Below, in pieces: positions 1-9,263 of a stretch of DNA of 64,000 nt (its first letter is position 1; each line of letters starts with the position of its first letter). Source of the DNA: an uncultured Synechococcus sp. (GTDB lineage Bacteria; Cyanobacteriota; Cyanobacteriia; PCC-6307; Cyanobiaceae). The DNA lies in NCBI GenBank assembly GCA_903855705.1, contig CAINZT010000103.1, forward strand, positions 1,105 through 65,104, given 5' to 3'. The notes below the pieces were generated by a model. It worked only from the letters and a program-made list of their open reading frames with translations, ran no database searches and was not told where the DNA came from. The position numbers and the translations under genes are program-made.

Positions 1-1506
1 TCGGCCCCGGTATTTGATACACGCGTCGGCAATTATGCTGGCAAGATTGCCAACCGCTTTGTTCTGCCTACCCTTGCCCTCGCTGGCCTCTCACTAGTCC
101 TTAGTGCCGGCAACATTGCCCAGGCGGCCTCCCTGCTGATGTTTGACCTGGGCACGGGTCTGAGGGTTTCTGTGCCCACAGCAATCATGGCGGCCCTGAC
201 CAAGGCCGGCAGTCAGGGCCTGTTAATCCGCAGTGGTCGGGCCCTAGAACAATTGGCCGATGTTGATGTGGTGGTCTTTGACAAGACCGGCACCCTCACC
301 GAGGGCCATCCCTCGGTTGTTGAAGTTGCCCTCCTAGGCAACGCTGATCTCCACCGATTGATTCAGCTAGCAGCATCGGCCGAACAGGGACTCAATCATC
401 CCGTCGCCGAGGCCGTGATTAACCACGCCACGTCCCTTGGAATTGATACCAGGCCTTGTGAGCGATGGGATTACCGCATCGGCCGGGGGGTGAGCGCCCA
501 GATTGAGGGCCACTCTGTGTTGGTTGGCAATGCAAGGCTGCTGCGCGAAGAGGGTCTTGAACCTGCCAAAGCGACGAATGCGGAGCCACACCTGGCGACG
601 GCGACGCCGGTCTATCTGGCCGTCGATGGCGTGCTTGAAGCAGTGATCTATGCGGCAGATGCGATCCGGCCCGACAGCCGCCAGTTGATTCAGGAATTAC
701 ACCGGAGGGGTATCCAGGCCCACATGCTGACCGGGGATGTGGCCGCTGTGGCCCATGCAGTGGCCGAACGGTTGGGATTGGCGCCTGAAGAAGTTCATGC
801 CGAAGCCTTGCCAGATCAAAAGGCTGAACTGGTCAAACAACTTGCCCAGCAAGGCCACAAGGTTGCCTTTGTTGGCGATGGCATCAACGATTCAGCGGCC
901 CTTGCCTATGCCGATGTCTCGATTTCGTTTGCATCCGGCAGTGATTTAGCCCGGGAAACCGCCGACATCGTGCTGACCAATGACAAGGTTTCGGGCCTAC
1001 TCGTGGCTCAAGATCTCTCGCGGCGCACCTTTGAACTGGTCAAGCAGAACATCGGCATCGTCGGTGTGCCCAACCTCACAGCCCTGGTGATTGGCACCTT
1101 CCTGCCGATCAGTCCTATTTTGGCGGTGCTTCTCAATAATGGCTCCAGCCTGGTTGCTGCGGCTAATGCCATGCGTGTTCTCGGCTTCCGTGCCAAGGAT
1201 TTGCCCCCTGCCAACGAGATAACCGTTCAACCCGTCCAAACAGGTCGTTCAGGGTCTGGCAATGGAAAGGAATCTGTTGAAGCCAGCATCCAACCTGACG
1301 CTAGTTCCCAAGAGTTGTCCAGCCCCAGCAACAGCCTTGAAGTGAGCCTGGTAGAACTCTCAAGCCGCCTGAGCATCAAACATCAAGCGATCACGGCCAG
1401 GCGCCGGCGTGCGGATTTTTCCCATTGGGTGCGCAGCCATGATCCCGAAGGCCACGGCTGGAGCTACTGCAGCCAAAGCAAGATGTATCGCAGCGTTGTG
1501 GCCTAA
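1..1506 (+). CDS. Heavy-metal P1B-type ATPase (P1B-6/FezB-like), 5'-truncated by the window edge
   Basis: Frame is open from base 1. Motifs: DKTGTLT (from 280), HP (NHPVA), TGD, GDGINDSAALA. TM4 reads FDLGTGLRVSVP (no CPx) and TM6 reads LLNNGSS. Confidence 0.9.
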   Translation, partial: SAPVFDTRVGNYAGKIANRFVLPTLALAGLSLVLSAGNIAQAASLLMFDLGTGLRVSVPTAIMAALTKAGSQGLLIRSGRALEQLADVDVVVFDKTGTLTEGHPSVVEVALLGNADLHRLIQLAASAEQGLNHPVAEAVINHATSLGIDTRPCERWDYRIGRGVSAQIEGHSVLVGNARLLREEGLEPAKATNAEPHLATATPVYLAVDGVLEAVIYAADAIRPDSRQLIQELHRRGIQAHMLTGDVAAVAHAVAERLGLAPEEVHAEALPDQKAELVKQLAQQGHKVAFVGDGINDSAALAYADVSISFASGSDLARETADIVLTNDKVSGLLVAQDLSRRTFELVKQNIGIVGVPNLTALVIGTFLPISPILAVLLNNGSSLVAAANAMRVLGFRAKDLPPANEITVQPVQTGRSGSGNGKESVEASIQPDASSQELSSPSNSLEVSLVELSSRLSIKHQAITARRRRADFSHWVRSHDPEGHGWSYCSQSKMYRSVVA

Positions 1507-2052
1507 ATGGCTGGGCCCCCTGCCGCCCTCCAGCTGGAGCGCTGTGCCCAGCTGGTCCATTCCATGCCCCTGCGCAAGCGCTATCGGTTGACCTCCACAA
1601 CCACAATTGTGTGGCCCCTACTGGAGAAGCACCTTAAGGAGCACCTGCCTGGCCGAGGCTTGCACTGGCGACTCAATCCATCGGCTCACTCCGTTGTGAT
1701 CTGCAGCCAGCCAGATGGCAGTTCGGCGCCCCTAGACCAGGGATTGCCAATCCTGATTGCCGCCCTGGCCCGCGCCGGTGCACGGCCCCCTGCAGCGGAG
1801 GTGGTGAGGATTTCGCTGGGCAAGACGAGCCAAGCCCTGCGCCCATGGTGCTTGCTGCTCTGGCCCGTCAATCTTGCCAGTCTGGGGCTGAGCCTGTCCT
1901 TTCTTTCCTTGGCAGCCTGCCTGTCCCTGCTAGGAATTGTTGGGCTGATGCTGCCGCTGGCGCCTGGTGCCCAATTGTTAATCCTGGCCAGTCTCATGGT
2001 GGAGCTTGCTTTGCTTCTGCGCAGCCCCTTTCTTGCCCGGCCAGCCGCCTGA
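1507..2052 (+). CDS. HMA_2-like domain membrane protein (FezC-like architecture)
   Basis: N-terminal LVHSMPLRKRYRL...RLNPSAHSVVI resembles the HxxPGRxRL HMA_2 signature. C-terminal hydrophobic hairpin LLGIVGLMLPLAPG. Starts immediately after the ATPase stop. Confidence 0.6.
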   Translation: MAGPPAALQLERCAQLVHSMPLRKRYRLTSTTTIVWPLLEKHLKEHLPGRGLHWRLNPSAHSVVICSQPDGSSAPLDQGLPILIAALARAGARPPAAEVVRISLGKTSQALRPWCLLLWPVNLASLGLSLSFLSLAACLSLLGIVGLMLPLAPGAQLLILASLMVELALLLRSPFLARPAA

Positions 2053-2096
2053 ACAATCCGAGTCAGCTCCTTAGTACCCCTTGTTGAGCAGTCACC

Positions 2097-4253
2097 ATGA
2101 GAGCCATCAGTGGTCAGATCGTGATTCCCAGCGTTTGCAACCTGATCAGTGATCTGCCAGGGCGGATCAGACTGCGCTCTGACCAACTGATTGACTCAGA
2201 GGAGCTGCGGCGGCACTGCCGGCTGACCCTCTATAGCTGCCATTGGCTGGTCTCCTTTCGGATCAATCCACTCAGTGGCTCCCTCAGCGTTCGCTTTCCA
2301 GATGGGCGGCGCCAGGAGCTGGGCTTACTCCTCAAGGATGCCTTCGCACCGCCGGATTTACTGCCTAGCTCGACAATCGCTGAAGGAGATCTCAGCCTAG
2401 GCGGGGGCCTTAAACGGCTGAATACCCGTCAGGCCCTGCGCCATGGAGGTGTAGCGGCCTTGATCGTGGGGGTGGACCTGATCTTTCCAATTCCGGCACT
2501 TCTGTTGTCTGGTGCAACCGCCCTAATGCTCTTTCCGCTGATGGGAAGTGTGATCAAACATATTCGCAGCCACCACGAATTACCGGTAGATAGCCTTGAT
2601 CTTGGTTTTTCAACCGTGTTGATCAGCCAGGGCCTGGCCGGTGAAGCCCTGATTGACCTGGCTATCGGCGATGCCAGCACGGCTTTGCAAAGTGCCTTCC
2701 TGCAGGGGGGGCTCGATCCGTTGGCCAGGGGCCTGGTGGATCGACTGGGTCATGCCATCACCGTGACCATCACCGCTCCCTGGGCGGGTGAAAAACAACT
2801 GCTTGAGATCAAGGTGGGGGATCGCTACAGAGGGGAACCCCAGAGTTTGATTTACCTCAAAAGCCGGATCCACTCCGGAGAACTCACTGTCTTCAATCGG
2901 CTTGTGGATGGCGAATGGGCACCCCGGTTGCTGAAGGCCGGCGACTCCTTACAACCGGGCTCCTTTGTGATCCAGGGTCAGGCTGAGCTGGTCGTGGAGC
3001 AAACCATGCTCAACCATGCGATCTATACCCAATCCCACAGGCCCTCCGGCGCCCGCTTGCAACAGACCCGTGTGCAACAGGGCCTGAACCTTTACAAGCA
3101 ACTGGTGGCTCCTGCCCTGCTGGCCTGCGGTACCTTCTGGTATTTCAGCGGAGCGATTCAACGGTCTTTAAGCGCCTTCCAATTCAATCCCCTTAACGAC
3201 TGGCAAACCAGCAATCTTGCATCCCGCCTGACGGCCATGGCCGAACTGCGGTTGCACAGTCTGCAGATCCGCGACCCTGATTCCCTCACGATCCTCGGCA
3301 AGATCAGCCATATCGTGATCAGCCGCAGTTGCCTTGACCAAATAGGTGGCATCATGCCGATTGAACACCTTCAACCGGGCAGCGCCCTTCCTGACCATAC
3401 CTTGCTCAGCCTTTTAGCCGGAATGCAGCGATATCTGGTGACCAATGACAGCATTCCGATCTGGTCCACCCAGCTGAGCCTGGGCGAAGATCCCCTGGCT
3501 GTGAAACAACTCGACCTCGATAATGGAGCAGGGGGCTGGCGGGTGCAACTAGACGATGGCAGGGTGTTTGATGTCGCCCAGCAAGCTAATCCTCCCGCTT
3601 CAATCCCGCGCACCCATCTCAATCCACTGGAAATCCGCCTAGACGACCAGGTGATCGGCTACGTGGAACTGCGCACATCTCCCGATCCCAGCTGGATTGA
3701 GCTCAGCAAAGCCCTTAGCGAGCTGGGCGTGGTGATCCACATCGTTGGCTCCGATAGGCGCGAGCGCATCGCCCAGATGGTGGAGCCCTTGGCGCTCCCC
3801 AATCCTGAAACCATCCACGGAGAGTGCTCGTGGTCAGAGCGGCTGGATTTAGTGAAACAGCTACAAGCAGATGGTTCCGGTGTGGCCTATGTGGGCTATG
3901 TGATGAATGACATGCCAGCCGCATTCCAGGCCGATGTTTCGATCAGTATTGACGTGGATGATGACAGTGCCTTCACCGAGGGGATCTGCGATGTAGTGAT
4001 TGATGAAGATGCGGCCTGGATTGCCCGTCTGATTGACATGAGTCGCCGACTAGAAGCAACCGCAAACAGTAACTTTGGCCTAATTGGAATCACCCACCTG
4101 CTTTCCGCTGCTGCCACGGCTACAGCCTTGATCAATCCCCTGCAAACGGTTCTGCTAGCCGATCTACCGCTCGTGCTCGCCGAATTGCGCAATCTAGCCG
4201 TGATGAGCAACCTGAAGGGCCGTAAACGCTTCAACAGCCCATCAGCCGCCTAG
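2097..4253 (+). CDS. Degenerate (pseudo-catalytic) P1B-type ATPase with N-terminal HMA_2 domain
   Basis: ISDLPGRIRLR...RINPLSGSLSV at the N-terminus. P-type layout is kept but motifs are replaced: DKTGT>SRSCL, TGE>DGE, TGD>GSD, GDGIND>GYVMND (followed by MPAAFQADVSI). Uninterrupted 718-aa ORF. Confidence 0.75.
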   Translation: MRAISGQIVIPSVCNLISDLPGRIRLRSDQLIDSEELRRHCRLTLYSCHWLVSFRINPLSGSLSVRFPDGRRQELGLLLKDAFAPPDLLPSSTIAEGDLSLGGGLKRLNTRQALRHGGVAALIVGVDLIFPIPALLLSGATALMLFPLMGSVIKHIRSHHELPVDSLDLGFSTVLISQGLAGEALIDLAIGDASTALQSAFLQGGLDPLARGLVDRLGHAITVTITAPWAGEKQLLEIKVGDRYRGEPQSLIYLKSRIHSGELTVFNRLVDGEWAPRLLKAGDSLQPGSFVIQGQAELVVEQTMLNHAIYTQSHRPSGARLQQTRVQQGLNLYKQLVAPALLACGTFWYFSGAIQRSLSAFQFNPLNDWQTSNLASRLTAMAELRLHSLQIRDPDSLTILGKISHIVISRSCLDQIGGIMPIEHLQPGSALPDHTLLSLLAGMQRYLVTNDSIPIWSTQLSLGEDPLAVKQLDLDNGAGGWRVQLDDGRVFDVAQQANPPASIPRTHLNPLEIRLDDQVIGYVELRTSPDPSWIELSKALSELGVVIHIVGSDRRERIAQMVEPLALPNPETIHGECSWSERLDLVKQLQADGSGVAYVGYVMNDMPAAFQADVSISIDVDDDSAFTEGICDVVIDEDAAWIARLIDMSRRLEATANSNFGLIGITHLLSAAATATALINPLQTVLLADLPLVLAELRNLAVMSNLKGRKRFNSPSAA

Positions 4254-4353
4254 AAAAGGCCCACCTGGCTCGACTCAAACTCCAGATCAGACAAGCTGAA
4301 TCACCCGTAAAAAACAGCAACCATCTGGCCAAGACTTAGTAGCAAAGTCGCCA

Positions 4354-7300
4354 TTATTTGGCTTCCATCCAGTTTGGGCCCACCCCCGTTTCCACCAGCA
4401 GTGGGACGGACAGCTGCACCGCCGTTTCCATGGTGCGTCGGGTGATAGCCAGAACCGATTCCAGCGCGTCCGGGGCCGCCTCTAGCACAAGTTCATCGTG
4501 CACCTGCAGGAGCAACCTGGCGGGCAAGCCTGCGGCGGCCAGTTCCCGGTGCAGCTGGACCATCGCCAGTTTGATGATGTCGGCGCTGGATCCCTGAATC
4601 GGCGCATTGGCGGCTGCCCTCAGTTGCTGGGCCTCCATGCCGGCGCGGCGGGCCACCTCCAGATCAATCTCGAGGGGGTCCTTGCCCAGGAGTCGGCCCA
4701 GGCCATTGGGATCAAAGGCAAAGGGTCGGCGCCGGCCCAGGATTGTTTCCACGTAGCCGCGGCTGAGGGCGAGACGCTCCTGCAGTTCCAAGAACGAGAA
4801 CACCCTGGGATAGCGCTGTTTGTATTTGGTGAGGAACTCCTTGGCCTTGGCCTGGCTGACGCCGGTTTCGCGGGCAAAGCGTTGGGCGCCCATGCCGTAG
4901 ATCACACCAAAATTGATCGTTTTGCCAAGCCGGCGCTCATCGGCGCTCACCTCGTCTTTGTCAAGCAGCAACCGGGCCGTGAGGGCGTGCACGTCGTCGC
5001 CGCCTTGGTAGGCCTCCACCAGCACCGGTTCGCCCGAGAGGTGGGTGAGGATGCGCAGCTCGATCTGGCTGTAATCGGCACTGATCAGCTGCCACCCCTC
5101 CTGGGGCAGGAAAGCCTTACGAATCCGCCGGGAGAATTCCGTGCGGATGGGGATGTTCTGCAGGTTGGGATTGCTGCTCGACAGGCGCCCGGTGGCGGTC
5201 ACCGCCTGGTTGAAATCGGTGTGGACCCGGCCCGTTTCTGGCTCCATCAGGGCCGGCAAGGCATCCACGTAGGTGCTTTTGAGCTTGCTCAAGGTGCGAT
5301 GTTCCAGCACCAGGGGCACCACCGGATGGGCGTCCTCGAGTTTTTCCAGCACGGCCGCATCGGTGCTCCAGCCGGTCTTGGTTTTGCGCGATTTCTTGCG
5401 ATCCAGGCCCAGCTTGTCAAAGAGCAACTCACCGAGCTGCTTGGGTGAGGCCAAGTTGAAATCCAAGCCAGCGGCGGCGCGGGCTTCCAGCTCCAGCCGG
5501 GCCAAGGTGGTGGCCAGCTCGACGGAGAGCTCCGCCAGGTAGGCGGTATCAATGCGAATGCCGGTGGCCTCCATCAGGGCGAGCACGGGCTCTAGGGGCA
5601 GCTCCACCCCATCCAGCAGGGCGGCAAGGGCCGGGCCCAGGTCAGCGAGTTGCTGGCGAAGCTGACCCGTCAGCCGCCAAGTGAGGTGCACGTCCATGCC
5701 GCAATAGAGGGCGGCCGCCTCAATCGGCACCGAGGCAAAGGTCGCCCCCTTCGGCACCAGCTCAGCGAAACCGGTGGGACTGAAGCCGAAGTTGCGCTCG
5801 GCCAGGGCGTCGAGGCCATGTTTGGCATTGGCATCGCGCAGGTAGTCCGCCAGCAGGGTGTCCATCACCACGCCGCCCAGGGGCAGGCCGTGGCGCATCA
5901 GCACCAACCGGTCGTATTTGGCGTTTTGGAGGGTTTTGGGGTGGTCGGCGCTGGCCAGCCAGGGGGCGAGGGCCGCCAACACATGCTCCAGGGGCAGCTG
6001 GGGCGGGGCCGGTGGCGCCGCGCTGAGCAGGTCGGCGGCGGCGGGGGGATGGTGGCCAATCGGGATGTAGGCCAGATCGGCCAGACCCTCGCCCCAACAG
6101 AGGCCGATCCCGACCAGCTCCGCCTGGAAGGGATTGAGGGCTGTGGTTTCGGTATCCAGGGCAATGGGGCTGGCTGGATCGGTCGTCGCCCACAGTCGCT
6201 CCACCAGGGCTTGTAACTCGCCCTCGCAGCCGATCAGTTGGGGAGCCAGGGGGGGCAGCTGGCCCGGCTCGTTGTTGGGCTGGGCCTGGCCCTGGACCTG
6301 CTTCCCTAAGGACTTGGTGCCAGGGCCGGGCGGTTCAGCCTGCTTGGGAGCAGGCCCTGCCGGGGGAGCATCCACGCTTGCTTCAGGCGGCGGCTCTGCC
6401 GAGAAAATCCGCGCGAAGTTGCCCACCTGTTTCACCAGGCTGAACAACTCCAGGCCCTCCAAACTCTCCGCCAGGCTGGTGGCATTCACCGCCCCCAGGG
6501 CCAGCCGTGGCTCGCTCGGCAGGGGGATGTCGACCAGGATCTCGGCCAACATGCGCGAGCGGTAGGCGTTGTCGCGATCGGCGCTGAGTTTGGCCTTCAG
6601 GGCCCCCTTCAAGGCGCCTTTGCTGTCCTTGTCGCCCAGGCCATCGAGGGCGGCATAGACGCCATCGAGGTCGCCGTTCTCCTTCAGCAGGCTGATCGCC
6701 GTTTTTGGACCCACCCCCTTCACCCCAGGGATGTTGTCGGAGCTGTCGCCGGTGAGGGCCTTGAGATCCACCACCTCCTCGGGGGGCACGCCCAACTTGG
6801 CAATCACCCCCTCGCGCTTGATTTCCAACGGCCCACTGCTTTTGGCGTAGGGCCCACCGCCCATATACAAAACCGAGATGTCACGGCCGTCATCCACCAG
6901 CTGGAACAGGTCCCGGTCGCCCGAGAGGATCCGCACCCGCCAGCCTTCGTCCGCAGCCCGGTTGGCCAGGGTGCCGAGCACGTCGTCGGCCTCGAAGCCG
7001 GGGGCCATGCAGAGGGGCAGATCAAGGGCGGTTTCGAGGATCTGCTGCAGGTTTGCCAGGTCGGCGAAGAAGTGCTCTGGCGCCTGATCGCGGTGGGCCT
7101 TGTAGGCGCTATCGGCCTCATGGCGGAAGGTGGGATGGGCCGTGTCGAAGGCGATCACAACCCCCTGGGGGGCCAGGCCCTTGCAGTTGTCGAGCAGGGC
7201 TTTGAGGAAGCCGTAGGTCACCGAAGTGGGCACACCCTCCTTGGTGCTCAGGCCCCCCTCGCCTCCCTTGGAAAAGGCATAGAAGCTGCGAAAAGCCAGG

Positions 7301-7479
7301 CTGTGGCCATCGACCAACAGCAACAGGGGGGCTGGGGCAGCAGGGCTGCGAGTACCGGGCTCTCCAGCTGCTGAACCCGCCGCGCCTGTGGGTAGGACCG
7401 TCGCCGTGGAAAGCCGTCTTTCCGCACTGGCTTCGCCAGCCCCTCCACCCCTATTCGGATCCAAGCCCACTGCTCCCAT
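4354..7479 (-). CDS. polA: DNA polymerase I
   Basis: LLLVDGHSLAFRSFYAF (5'-3' exonuclease), ALDTETT (3'-5' exonuclease), TATGRLSSSNPNLQNIP, ADYSQIELR, KTINFGVIYG, LLQVHDEL. Start codon uncertain. Confidence 0.98.
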   Translation of the reverse strand: MGAVGLDPNRGGGAGEASAERRLSTATVLPTGAAGSAAGEPGTRSPAAPAPLLLLVDGHSLAFRSFYAFSKGGEGGLSTKEGVPTSVTYGFLKALLDNCKGLAPQGVVIAFDTAHPTFRHEADSAYKAHRDQAPEHFFADLANLQQILETALDLPLCMAPGFEADDVLGTLANRAADEGWRVRILSGDRDLFQLVDDGRDISVLYMGGGPYAKSSGPLEIKREGVIAKLGVPPEEVVDLKALTGDSSDNIPGVKGVGPKTAISLLKENGDLDGVYAALDGLGDKDSKGALKGALKAKLSADRDNAYRSRMLAEILVDIPLPSEPRLALGAVNATSLAESLEGLELFSLVKQVGNFARIFSAEPPPEASVDAPPAGPAPKQAEPPGPGTKSLGKQVQGQAQPNNEPGQLPPLAPQLIGCEGELQALVERLWATTDPASPIALDTETTALNPFQAELVGIGLCWGEGLADLAYIPIGHHPPAAADLLSAAPPAPPQLPLEHVLAALAPWLASADHPKTLQNAKYDRLVLMRHGLPLGGVVMDTLLADYLRDANAKHGLDALAERNFGFSPTGFAELVPKGATFASVPIEAAALYCGMDVHLTWRLTGQLRQQLADLGPALAALLDGVELPLEPVLALMEATGIRIDTAYLAELSVELATTLARLELEARAAAGLDFNLASPKQLGELLFDKLGLDRKKSRKTKTGWSTDAAVLEKLEDAHPVVPLVLEHRTLSKLKSTYVDALPALMEPETGRVHTDFNQAVTATGRLSSSNPNLQNIPIRTEFSRRIRKAFLPQEGWQLISADYSQIELRILTHLSGEPVLVEAYQGGDDVHALTARLLLDKDEVSADERRLGKTINFGVIYGMGAQRFARETGVSQAKAKEFLTKYKQRYPRVFSFLELQERLALSRGYVETILGRRRPFAFDPNGLGRLLGKDPLEIDLEVARRAGMEAQQLRAAANAPIQGSSADIIKLAMVQLHRELAAAGLPARLLLQVHDELVLEAAPDALESVLAITRRTMETAVQLSVPLLVETGVGPNWMEAK

Positions 7480-7660
7480 GGTCCGCCGGAACCGCCTCAG
7501 ACTGGCAGAGGGTCCCTCCCGATTGGGCGGCCCGCCTAGGTGCCATGACCCAGGCCCCTGCCGGATGGACCCGATGGGGCTCGGCCCCTCCATGCCAGCA
7601 GAGCAAAACTGAATCGCCAGTGCCCCTGGGGCTACGGCATCCTGGATTAGAGATCCTTCA

Positions 7661-7918
7661 ATGGCGTCTACAGCAATGGCCCGTACGCCCAGCCACTACG
7701 CCATTCATCTGCTCTTGGCCGGTGGTCACAAGCAGGTGGTTCAATTCGCTGACCTAGCCGCTTTTCAACAGTGGTACGGCAACGTGTTGAACGCTGGTCC
7801 GGCCGAGGCCTTCGTGAACGTGCCGATTACCGATCTGCAGGGGGAATACCTGGTGGTCCGTCCCAGTGGCGTGGTCGGGATCCGGGTGGAACCCCAATTC
7901 ACCTCCTTCGCCGAATGA
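7661..7918 (+). CDS. Small hypothetical protein
   Basis: 85-aa ORF with host-like codon usage; sits directly upstream of the antiporter gene. Confidence 0.7.
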   Translation: MASTAMARTPSHYAIHLLLAGGHKQVVQFADLAAFQQWYGNVLNAGPAEAFVNVPITDLQGEYLVVRPSGVVGIRVEPQFTSFAE

Positions 7919-7937
7919 TGTCCATGGAGCACGCCGT

Positions 7938-9251
7938 TTGAATCGCCTTGAGCTGCTCTGGAGCGAGTCCTTCTTTGCCGGCTCCCTGGCCCAGTTGATC
8001 GCCAGGCTTACGGGCCTGCCGGCGGTGGTTCTGTTGCTCGGGGTTGGCCTGATTATTGGCCGGGCCGGATTCAACTTGGTCGAGCCCGAAACCCTCGGCC
8101 GGGGCCTGGAACCCCTGGTGGGCCTGCTGGTGAGCCTGGTGCTCTTCGATGGCGGCCTCAACCTGCGCCTGGCCGGCCGGGACCTCCAACGCACCGTCGT
8201 GCAACTTGTGGTGGTGCGGGGGGTGCTGGGCCTGCTTGGAGGCGCCCTGCTAGCCCACCAGCTGGCCGGGCTGGCCTGGCCCCTGGCCTGGGTGTTTGCG
8301 GCCATTTCCCTGGCCACCGGGCCCACGGTGGTGACGCCGATGGTGCAGCAGATGCGCCTGGTTCCCGGCCTGGGCCAGATTCTCCAAGCCGAGGGGTTGA
8401 TCCTCGAGCCGATCGGCGCCGTGCTGGCCCTGCTGCTGCTGCAGCTGGCCCTGGGCGATCTGGCGGGCTGGGCCGATGTGGTGTCCCTGCTCGGATTAAG
8501 GGTGGGCGGCGGAGTCGCGATTGGCGCCGCAGGCGGCTTGCTGCTCAGCCTGGTGCTGGAACACCTGCCCAGGGGCTCGGGCACAGAGCAGGAGGACCCC
8601 TTACCCCTGCAACTGATCCTTGGCGCCCTGTTCCTGCTGGTGAGCGGCACCGAATGGCTGCTGCCGGAAGCCGGGTTTCCTGCTGCCGTAGCGGCGGGCG
8701 TTGTGGTGGGCCTGCGGCTCGATAAGGAGGCCAGCCAGCTAGATGAACTGATCGCCCAACTGGCCCAGCTGGCGATCACCGTGCTGTTCCCGCTGCTGGC
8801 AGCCGACCTGTCCTGGGGGGAACTCAGCCCCCTGGGCCTAGGCGGGGTGGGCTGTGTGCTGGCCCTGATGCTCTACCGCTGGATCGTGATCCAGCTGGGT
8901 TCCATCGGCCTGCCGAGCCTGGGTTGGAGCGAGAAGCTGATTCTCAGCTGGATCGCGCCGCGGGGCATCGTGACCGCGGCTGTGGCCAGCCTGTTTGCCC
9001 TGCAACTCGAGGCCGCCGGGGTACCTGGAGCCTCGGACCTCAAGGGCCTGGTGTTCCTGATGATCCTGCTCACCGTGGGCCTGCAGGGCTTCACGGCCCC
9101 CAGCTTGGCCCGCCGCCTGGGCCTGGTGCTGGAGCCAGAACCGACGGCGATCGATCCCCTGGCCGGACACCCGAAGGCGGGAGATCCGTTGGAAGCCGAT
9201 GCCGCCAAGGGCCCATCCCCCCAGGTCGAATCCCCCGGAGCAGGGCCTTAG
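7938..9251 (+). CDS. Cation:proton antiporter (CPA1/NhaP family)
   Basis: LVLFDGGLNL, ATGPTVVTP, EGLILEPIGA, WIAPRGIVTAAVASLF; many TM helices. TTG start proposed after GGAG at 7926. Confidence 0.9.
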   Translation: MNRLELLWSESFFAGSLAQLIARLTGLPAVVLLLGVGLIIGRAGFNLVEPETLGRGLEPLVGLLVSLVLFDGGLNLRLAGRDLQRTVVQLVVVRGVLGLLGGALLAHQLAGLAWPLAWVFAAISLATGPTVVTPMVQQMRLVPGLGQILQAEGLILEPIGAVLALLLLQLALGDLAGWADVVSLLGLRVGGGVAIGAAGGLLLSLVLEHLPRGSGTEQEDPLPLQLILGALFLLVSGTEWLLPEAGFPAAVAAGVVVGLRLDKEASQLDELIAQLAQLAITVLFPLLAADLSWGELSPLGLGGVGCVLALMLYRWIVIQLGSIGLPSLGWSEKLILSWIAPRGIVTAAVASLFALQLEAAGVPGASDLKGLVFLMILLTVGLQGFTAPSLARRLGLVLEPEPTAIDPLAGHPKAGDPLEADAAKGPSPQVESPGAGP

Positions 9252-9263
9252 GCCCCTAGCGAA

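Noticed and set aside
4498..5448. Long antisense ORFs (also 10002-10820, 29330-30562, 38884-39840, 43202-44170, 47753-48946)
   Set aside because: They lie opposite well-supported genes, have no recognisable motifs, and are expected in high-GC DNA.
7480..7593. N-terminal extensions in the ORF track (polA; likewise dxr, cysS, pntA, hsp20, wza)
   Set aside because: They come from choosing the most upstream start; conserved sequence and RBS-like sites point to later starts.
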